A DNA stretch of 64,000 nt from Candidatus Kerfeldbacteria bacterium (GTDB taxonomy: Bacteria > Patescibacteriota > Patescibacteriia > SBBC01 > CAIJZX01). Below the pieces are notes generated by a model that had not been told where the DNA came from, did no database searches, and saw only the letters and a list, made by a program, of their open reading frames with translations. The translations under genes and the position numbers were made by a program. Within the stretch, counting starts at the first letter, position 1, and every line of letters begins with the position of its first letter. The stretch lies in assembly GCA_963731735.1 (NCBI GenBank), contig CAVSWO010000002.1, positions 564,257-628,256 of the forward strand, read 5' to 3'. Below are positions 9,127 to 16,300 of the stretch, piece by piece.

Positions 9127-9827
9127 TGCCGGACGCGACGGATTGGATAGTAATTCCAACCTTTAATGAACGGGCGAATGTCGGACCGTTGTTGACCGCG
9201 ATTCGTCGGGTGTATACTGGCCAGATTTTATTTGTGGATGACAGTTCACCGGATGGAACGGGCCTAGCGGTTCAGCAACTAGCCGCACATGATCCCGGTA
9301 TCCATTTGTTGACTCGGCCGCGCAAACAGGGATTAGCGGCCGCCTATCGCGAAGGATTGACGCGGGCATTGCAGCAGGGCGCCCAGCGGATTCTCCACAT
9401 GGACGCCGATCGATCACATGACCCGCGAGCAATTCCCGAATTATTGTCCGAGCTCAGTCGCGCCGATGTGGTGGTTGGTTCACGCTACGTCGCCGGCGGG
9501 ACGCTCGATATTCCGTTCCACCGACGCGTCATCAGCGCCATTGGGAATCAATATATTCAGTTACTCCTGGGCCGCAACGTTCATGATTGGAGCTCCGGGT
9601 GTTGTGCCTGGCGAGCCCCAATGCTGGCCCGGGCGCTCACTGCCGCCACCACCACGGTCGGCTATGCTTGGCTGATTGAAATGAAATGGCGAGCCAAACA
9701 AGCCGGTGCGCGAATGGCGGAAGTCCCACTGCGCTTTACGGATCGGACCGAAGGGGAGTCAAAATTTTCGTGGCAAATCATGGCCGAAGATTTACGTACG
9801 GCCTGGCGTTTACACCGGGGGCGCTAG
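9126..9827 (+). CDS. GT2 polyprenol-phosphate mannose synthase-like glycosyltransferase
   Basis: IPTFNE, VDDSSPDGT, MDAD, VVGSRY, FTDRTEGESK motifs; TAATG coupling to previous gene. Confidence 0.9.
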   Translation: MPDATDWIVIPTFNERANVGPLLTAIRRVYTGQILFVDDSSPDGTGLAVQQLAAHDPGIHLLTRPRKQGLAAAYREGLTRALQQGAQRILHMDADRSHDPRAIPELLSELSRADVVVGSRYVAGGTLDIPFHRRVISAIGNQYIQLLLGRNVHDWSSGCCAWRAPMLARALTAATTTVGYAWLIEMKWRAKQAGARMAEVPLRFTDRTEGESKFSWQIMAEDLRTAWRLHRGR

Positions 9828-9829
9828 AC

Positions 9830-9858
9830 TTGCCAAGACCGAAAAAAACTGCTAAACT
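9830..9858 (+). promoter_or_regulatory. sigma70-like promoter upstream of tRNA-Val
   Basis: TTGCCA-17 nt-TAAACT with extended TG. Confidence 0.55.
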
Positions 9859-9902
9859 CCGGCTATTCTGGCGTGTTTTCCGCTGTTTCGGCACGCACTC
9901 GC

Positions 9903-9979
9903 GGCCACTTAGCTCAGTTGGTTAGAGCGCACCGTTCACATCGGTGAGGTCGCTGGTCCGAATCCAGCAGTGGCCACCA
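9903..9979 (+). tRNA. tRNA-Val(CAC)
   Basis: Acceptor GGCCACT/AGTGGCC + ACCA; anticodon arm CACCG-TTCACAT-CGGTG; T-arm GCTGG-TCCGAAT-CCAGC. Confidence 0.95.
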
Positions 9980-9994
9980 GATCAATCTATTTTC

Positions 9995-10708
9995 ATGCCC
10001 CCAGCCTCTTCATCAAAGAAAAACTCCGGCGCTGCCAGTAATCCAATTGGTGACCCCAAGTCCTTTCGCGGCTACAGCACCAATTTCCAGAAGATGGCCA
10101 AACCCGAAAAGAAATCGGATTTTTTACCGAAGTTCAAGAATTCATTCGGAGGCTTTGTAATCGAAGTCGCCAAGATTGTAATCATCGCACTGATCATCAT
10201 CCGACCGGTGCACGCCTTCCTGATCCAGCCGTTTTACGTCAAAGGCGCTTCGATGGAACCGAATTTTCATGATCAAGACTACTTGATCGTCGATCAATTA
10301 TCCTATCGGTTGCATGACCCGCGCCGTGGTGATGTGGTGGTGATTCACAATCCGTTCCAGGCAAATGAATTTTTCATCAAACGGATCATCGGCCTGCCGA
10401 ATGAGACAGTTCGGATTGCCGACAATACAGTGACCATTACCAATACCGAACATCCCAACGGGTTTGTCCTGGATGAGACGCCGTATCTCGAACCGAATGT
10501 CCAAACACCCGGGAATATCGAAGTTGCACTCAGCGCTGATGAGTACTACGTGATGGGCGATAATCGAACCGCCAGCCTAGATTCTCGCAGCTTTGGACCC
10601 ATTACCCGCGAATCGATAGTTGGCCGAACGGCGCTCCGGGCCTGGCCAATCTATCAAGCTCGAACGTTCCAGACGCCGAACTATACTCCAGCCACTAGTA
10701 CCCCGTAA
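9995..10708 (+). CDS. lepB: Signal peptidase I
   Basis: TM, GASMEPNF (catalytic Ser), FIKRIIGLP (catalytic Lys), GDNRTASLDSRSFG; start moved past the tRNA (9995 or 10094). Confidence 0.95.
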   Translation: MPPASSSKKNSGAASNPIGDPKSFRGYSTNFQKMAKPEKKSDFLPKFKNSFGGFVIEVAKIVIIALIIIRPVHAFLIQPFYVKGASMEPNFHDQDYLIVDQLSYRLHDPRRGDVVVIHNPFQANEFFIKRIIGLPNETVRIADNTVTITNTEHPNGFVLDETPYLEPNVQTPGNIEVALSADEYYVMGDNRTASLDSRSFGPITRESIVGRTALRAWPIYQARTFQTPNYTPATSTP

Positions 10709-10710
10709 GT

Positions 10711-12117
10711 ATGCCCAAAGAATCATCCACCCCGCCGCAGCTGCTCCGCGGCATGAAAGACATTCTCCCGGTTGATCAAGAATACTGGGACTGGATTTAC
10801 GGTCAGATACAGCGCCTGGCGGCTGACTTTAGCTTCCAACGAATCGAAACCCCGGTGCTGGAAGCGACCAGCTTGTTTAATCGGTCAGTCGGAGACCAAA
10901 CTGACATCATTCAAAAAGAGATGTACACCTTTACGGATAAGAACGGGGACTCGGTCAGCCTGCGTCCGGAGAATACCGCCGGGGTAGTCCGGGCCTATAT
11001 TGAGCACGGTATGCTGAATCAGCCGCAACCGGTTAAACTCTGGTACTTCGGTCCGTTTTTCCGCCATGACCGGCCCCAAGCCGGCCGCTATCGCCAATTT
11101 TGGCAATACGGGTTCGAGGTCTTTGGGGCTGACCAGCCAATCATCGAAGCCCAACTGATCCTCTTGACCCGCGGTTTGTTTACGGCCCTGGGGATTGAAA
11201 CGACGCTGCAAATCAACAGTATTGGGAACGCCACCACCCGCCAGCATTTCACCAAAGCCCTGCAGGCATTTATGAAAAACAAGAAGTCGGAGTTGAGTGA
11301 TGACCAGCGCCTACTGCTGCAAAAAAACCCACTCCGGCTGCTTGACAGTAAAGATGAAAAAATCCGCTCACTGCTTGAGGGGGCGCCGCAGATGCTGGAT
11401 TACCTGGATGACGAGTCCAAGCAGCACTTTGAAGCGGTGGTCGAGTATTTAGATGAACTCGATATTCCGTTTGTCTTAAATCCTCGGCTGGTGCGCGGCC
11501 TCGATTACTACAATCGGACAGTCTTCGAATTCTGGGCCGCCGGCGACGATACCGGCGCGACCAGTTTAGCCGGTGGCGGACGATATGATCGGTTAGTTGA
11601 ACAACTCGGCGGTCGGCCGACGCCGGCGATTGGCCTGGCTGGCGGCATCGAACGCCTCATCTTGACCCTTAAGGAAAAGCAAATCGCTCCGCCGCCACCC
11701 GAACCCCCGGAACTCTATTTGGCACAACTGGGTGAACCGGCTCGCAAGAAAATGTTACGCTTGTTTGATCAGTTACGCAGCCATGGTTTACGGGTAGCCG
11801 AATCGATGACCAAGGATGGACTCAAGCAACAACTCGAAAACGCCAACAAGGTCGGCGCCCACTACACCCTGATCATTGGGCAAAAGGAATTGATGGATGA
11901 TACGGTGCTGATCCGCGACATGGAAAACGGCATGCAAGAAGTGGTGGCTTATGACAAGACGCCCGAAACCATGCAAAAGCGGTTGGCAAAAAGCCGAGCC
12001 AACGGCGTTAAGCCGGTAACCGGCCAGGTGCAGATTGAACGCTCAACGCTGCGCGATCCGGAACCGAGCGAGGTTGACGGTAATGATGGTGGCGATGGCG
12101 GCGACAGCGATGGTTGA
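10711..12117 (+). CDS. hisS: Histidine--tRNA ligase
   Basis: LRGMKD, KEMYTF, LRPENTA, FRHDRPQAGRYRQF, LVRGLDYY, GGGRYD. Confidence 0.97.
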   Translation: MPKESSTPPQLLRGMKDILPVDQEYWDWIYGQIQRLAADFSFQRIETPVLEATSLFNRSVGDQTDIIQKEMYTFTDKNGDSVSLRPENTAGVVRAYIEHGMLNQPQPVKLWYFGPFFRHDRPQAGRYRQFWQYGFEVFGADQPIIEAQLILLTRGLFTALGIETTLQINSIGNATTRQHFTKALQAFMKNKKSELSDDQRLLLQKNPLRLLDSKDEKIRSLLEGAPQMLDYLDDESKQHFEAVVEYLDELDIPFVLNPRLVRGLDYYNRTVFEFWAAGDDTGATSLAGGGRYDRLVEQLGGRPTPAIGLAGGIERLILTLKEKQIAPPPPEPPELYLAQLGEPARKKMLRLFDQLRSHGLRVAESMTKDGLKQQLENANKVGAHYTLIIGQKELMDDTVLIRDMENGMQEVVAYDKTPETMQKRLAKSRANGVKPVTGQVQIERSTLRDPEPSEVDGNDGGDGGDSDG

Positions 12118-12460
12118 GGCGGATTGCATCTTTTGCAAGATCGCGACCCGGGAATTGCCGAGTACCCCGGTCCATGAAGACCAAGAATTTATGGCCTTTC
12201 CGGACCTGCACCCGAAAGCTCCGGTCCATATTTTGCTGATTCCCAAGCAGCACGTTTTGCGCTCAATTGCAGACATGACGGCCAATCAACAGGCCATGCT
12301 GGGACGGCTGCTGGACGTGGCGCACCAGATTGCCGAGCAACAGGGGATCGCGGATGACGGCTATCGGCTGGTTTTCAACGTTCGCCACCATGGCGGGCAG
12401 GAAGTAGACCATCTGCATCTCCACATCTTGGGCGGCCAACCACTGGGACCGCTCGGGTAG
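12110..12460 (+). CDS. HIT family nucleotide-binding protein
   Basis: DCIFCKI, PKAPVHILLIPK, GQEVDHLHLHILGG. Confidence 0.93.
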   Translation: MVEADCIFCKIATRELPSTPVHEDQEFMAFPDLHPKAPVHILLIPKQHVLRSIADMTANQQAMLGRLLDVAHQIAEQQGIADDGYRLVFNVRHHGGQEVDHLHLHILGGQPLGPLG

Positions 12461-12481
12461 TCAGAAGAACGAATAAACGAT

Positions 12482-12510
12482 TTGACGCTCGACCCAAAAG
12501 ATGGTAGAGT
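12482..12510 (+). promoter_or_regulatory. sigma70-like promoter of rpsU
   Basis: TTGACG-17 nt-TAGAGT with extended TG. Confidence 0.6.
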
Positions 12511-12584
12511 AGCACCACTCTCCGTCCGGTTGGATTTCTCCGAAAATCTGTTTTCCGGGCCCTTTCGAGAGGAGGTTATGATGC

Positions 12585-12860
12585 ATGATTGAAGTTCGCA
12601 AACGCAATAACGAATCGAACGAAAGCTTGCTTCGGCGTTTTTCAAAGCGCGTGCAGCAAAGCGGCGTTCTCCTCCGCGCCAAGAAGCGGCGTTTTTATGA
12701 AGCGCCAAAAAATAAGCGCGAGATGCGAGTTGATGCACTTCGGCGCAACACGATCCGGCAAGAACGAGAACTCCTACGAAAGATTGGTAAACTCGAAGAA
12801 TACGATCAAAAGAAACGCGGTAATCGGCCAAAACGTTTACCCTCAATTCCAAAAACCTAA
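12585..12860 (+). CDS. rpsU: 30S ribosomal protein S21
   Basis: IEVRKRNNESNESLLRRFSKRVQQSGVL...RRFYE; AGGAGG upstream; neighbour of yqeY. Confidence 0.85.
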   Translation: MIEVRKRNNESNESLLRRFSKRVQQSGVLLRAKKRRFYEAPKNKREMRVDALRRNTIRQERELLRKIGKLEEYDQKKRGNRPKRLPSIPKT

Positions 12861-12869
12861 TCCCTTCGC

Positions 12870-13313
12870 ATGAGTCTCATCGAGACCCTCGAGCACGATT
12901 ACAAAGAGGCTTTTAAAGCGCACCAAGCCGCCAAGGTGGCGGTTTTGCGCATGGTTAAAGCGGCGCTTAAAAACGCTGAAATTGAAGCTCGGCACGAATT
13001 GTCCGACGAGGAGGTGATTGCGGTTATGACCAAAGAAGCCAAACGCCGGCGTGAGGCAATTGCCATGTATCTCCAAGCCGGACGCCAATCCCTGGTTGAT
13101 CAAGAGAATGCTGAATTGCAGGAATTGATGTACTACCTCCCGACCCAATTTAGCGACAGTGAACTTGAAACCGAAGTCAAAAAGGTGATTGACCAACTCC
13201 AAGCCGGACCGAACGATTTCGGTCAGGTGATGGGCATGGTCATGAAGAACATCAAAGGCCAAGCCGACGGCAATCGAGTATCGGCTACCGTCAAACGGCT
13301 GCTGGCCAAATAA
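12870..13313 (+). CDS. GatB/YqeY domain protein
   Basis: VLRMVKAALKNAEI, KRRREAI, YLPTQ, GQVMG, KGQADG. Confidence 0.92.
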   Translation: MSLIETLEHDYKEAFKAHQAAKVAVLRMVKAALKNAEIEARHELSDEEVIAVMTKEAKRRREAIAMYLQAGRQSLVDQENAELQELMYYLPTQFSDSELETEVKKVIDQLQAGPNDFGQVMGMVMKNIKGQADGNRVSATVKRLLAK

Positions 13314-13336
13314 ATATTTTTTCAAACACATAATTC

Positions 13337-16300
13337 ATGATCCGCGGATTCCGCCAATCCCGTCTACGCTACCTTTTGCCCGCCGTTTTCATCGGTGGTG
13401 CTTGCGCCTGGGCGCTGGTAGCTTGGCATCCAGTGCAAGCCCAAACGGCCAGCACCTTTAGCATCGAATCTGTCGGACAGCAGGTCGGACTTGGCAATGC
13501 CGATTTGCGCCAAGTGGCCATCAATATCATTCGCTGGTTGCTTGGATTTGTGACCCTGATTGCAGTCGCCTACCTGGTGTATGGCGGCTATCTGTGGATG
13601 ACCGCGGCCGGGAATGAACAGCGGGTTGAAAAAGCTAAACAGGTGATTTTGCAGGCGGTGATCGGCCTGGTAATTATTATCCTCGCCTGGGCAATTGTCT
13701 TGTTCGTGGCGCGGACGGTGGCGGAAACTACCAATACCAATAATACCAACGGCGGAGGCGGCGGAGGCTGTATTGGGTTCGAGTGTTTGTCTACGCCAAA
13801 AACCTTTGACCTGACGGGTGTCACGACCTGTTCGGCCCGACCGGATTATGCAAAAAATGTTCCGCGAGCCAGCGCCGTGTCTTTGACCTTCAACCATGAC
13901 ATTGATATTGCAACCGTCCAAGCTGCCGTTACCGATGCGGTGGCCGCGAACCCAAACCTCGTGATTGAAAAGTGTGATGCTGGCGATTGCGCGAATCGAA
14001 CAACCCTCGTCAAACCGCTCCAAAACCAAGTCTATTCGGGCACGACCCCGAAAGGTGCGGCTGGCACGCCGTTATCCGAGTGGGTTACCCATGACAATAC
14101 GGTGACGTTCTACCATACGTCATTTTCAACTGATGAAAACAATTCGGACAACTTGTACTTTGAACCGAATACTACCTACCAACTGACGGTCCCTGCCAAA
14201 GACGCTCCAACCGCCCTCAAAGATACCACCAGTCCCGGGCGAAGTCTGCAAAAGTGTCAGGCCAATTCGGCTAGACAACCGATTGAAGGTGACGGTTTCC
14301 TGGGTGAAAATTGCCGCGAAGTTGGCGATACGATTGTTTGGACTTTCACGACCGGCAGCGACATTGACGGACCGGAACTTACACCTCGCAGTACCACCCC
14401 AACCTCCGGTTACTTGACCGGTAACGGGGTTCCAGACCGGAACGTCAGTCGAACTGGTATTATCGGCATCGATTTCAACAATGCCATCGATCCGGCCTCT
14501 ATCACGACCGACAATTTTATCGTAACCAAGTATACAACCGCCCCAGACGCGACAAACGGAACCGGAGGAACGCTTGATGCGACGGCGCTCCCGGCTAGCG
14601 ACTTTGTGATTCGAGTCAACGGTAGCGGAACTGGCGGCTGGTTACAACTCAAAGCCGGCAATCTATTTGACCCGTTTACCTGGTATCAGGTGCGGGTCAA
14701 AGACGTTCGGAATTTATGTGGTACGGCCCAAAATCCAAATCCGTATGAATGGGTATTTGAAACGAACGATACGGTACCGGGGGTCAAACTAGTCTATCCA
14801 AAAAACGACGCCAAAAACATTTGTCCATCAACCGAGGTCTTTATCAAGTTCTCGACCTCGATGTGGCGAATCGATAGTGGCAGCACTACCTGCCAACCTG
14901 CTTCGGGCGGGAGCTACGTGACGAACGGCACACTGGCACCCAATCCGGGCCGTGGGTTCGTGGTGGAAGACGAACTTGACCCCAACAACCCGAATAACTC
15001 TTGCACGAAATACGCCTTCACACCAACCGAGACTTTACTGACTCCGGACAAACCTCATACCGCTTCGGTTACGACCAGCTTGGTGATTAATCAAGACGGT
15101 AACACGTTAAATCGAAACTGGACTTTCACAACCAGCAAAGCTGACCAGTGTATCCAAGAACCGTATATTGATCGAGTTGAAGCGAACACGGGTACTAACG
15201 GCCAATGTGTCTCGGTGATTGGGAACTACTTTGAAAAACAGCCACCGGGTGGCACACGCGAAACCGATGGCCAAGGATCCGATAAACTTTTCCTCTCGAC
15301 CGTTGACCAAAAGAATGCCAAGTCTTGGAAACAAAATGTGATTGTCAGTACGGTTAATGATGGGACGCCAGATTCGCCGGCTTTAGTGCCCGGACCTCAG
15401 CCATATAAAGTGGTACTCGATTACGGGGGAACAATTGGTCAGCTTGAAAGTAATACGGTCGATTTCAATTTACAAGCTGGTGGCGGTACACTGGGTGTCT
15501 GCTTGGTTGGTGTCACCCCAGATCAAGGTCCAGCCGGTACCAATACCACCCTGAGCGGTGAAGGCTTTGGTGGATTTGGTGCAAACAGCGCCGTAACGTT
15601 TTCGGGTGGACCGAACTGGGGAGTGGCGGCCGGAAACTGGAGTGATGGACGAATTAGTCCAGCCCAGGTGCCAACTACTACCCCTGATGGATCAGGATTG
15701 GTACGTGTACAGACGAATGGTGGTGCACTTTCGAATCCAGTTCCCTTTACCGTCACCGTACCGAATACGGGTGGGGGAGGTGGCGATACGGTTCCCCGAG
15801 TTGAAGAATCGGCGCAGTGTAATATTGCTCAAAACGAGATCCCAAGTCCGAACCCGAAGCGCAATGATAACCAAGCCTGTCTCAATACACAGGTCAGCGC
15901 CCGGTTTACACTCGATATGGATCAGAATTCTTTGAATAGCACCAATATTTTCTTACAAAAATGTGATCCGGTTTGTACGACCGCGGTGGCCAGCAGTGTG
16001 GTCGCAACTGGATTGCGTGGATTTACGCTCACACCAGACGCGAACCTTGAACCGTCAACTCGCTATCAAGTTACGGTCACCACCGGAGTGCAGAGTAATG
16101 CCAGCCCGGCGGTTCCGATGGCTGGGCCGTATACTTGGCAATTCACCACCAAGGCTGATGGAGCAAATTGTGCCCCGGCCGGTGTGACGGTTTCATCGAA
16201 CTCAGCTTTTGGGAATGCGATTCAAAGTTCAGCCACTCGCTATACCTACAGTGACCCAGTTCCTTACGGCGTCAATCTAACTGCCAATGTGGTTGATGCC

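Noticed and set aside
9944-9994. ORF-track N-terminal extension of lepB
   Set aside because: Overlaps tRNA-Val; the true start is downstream
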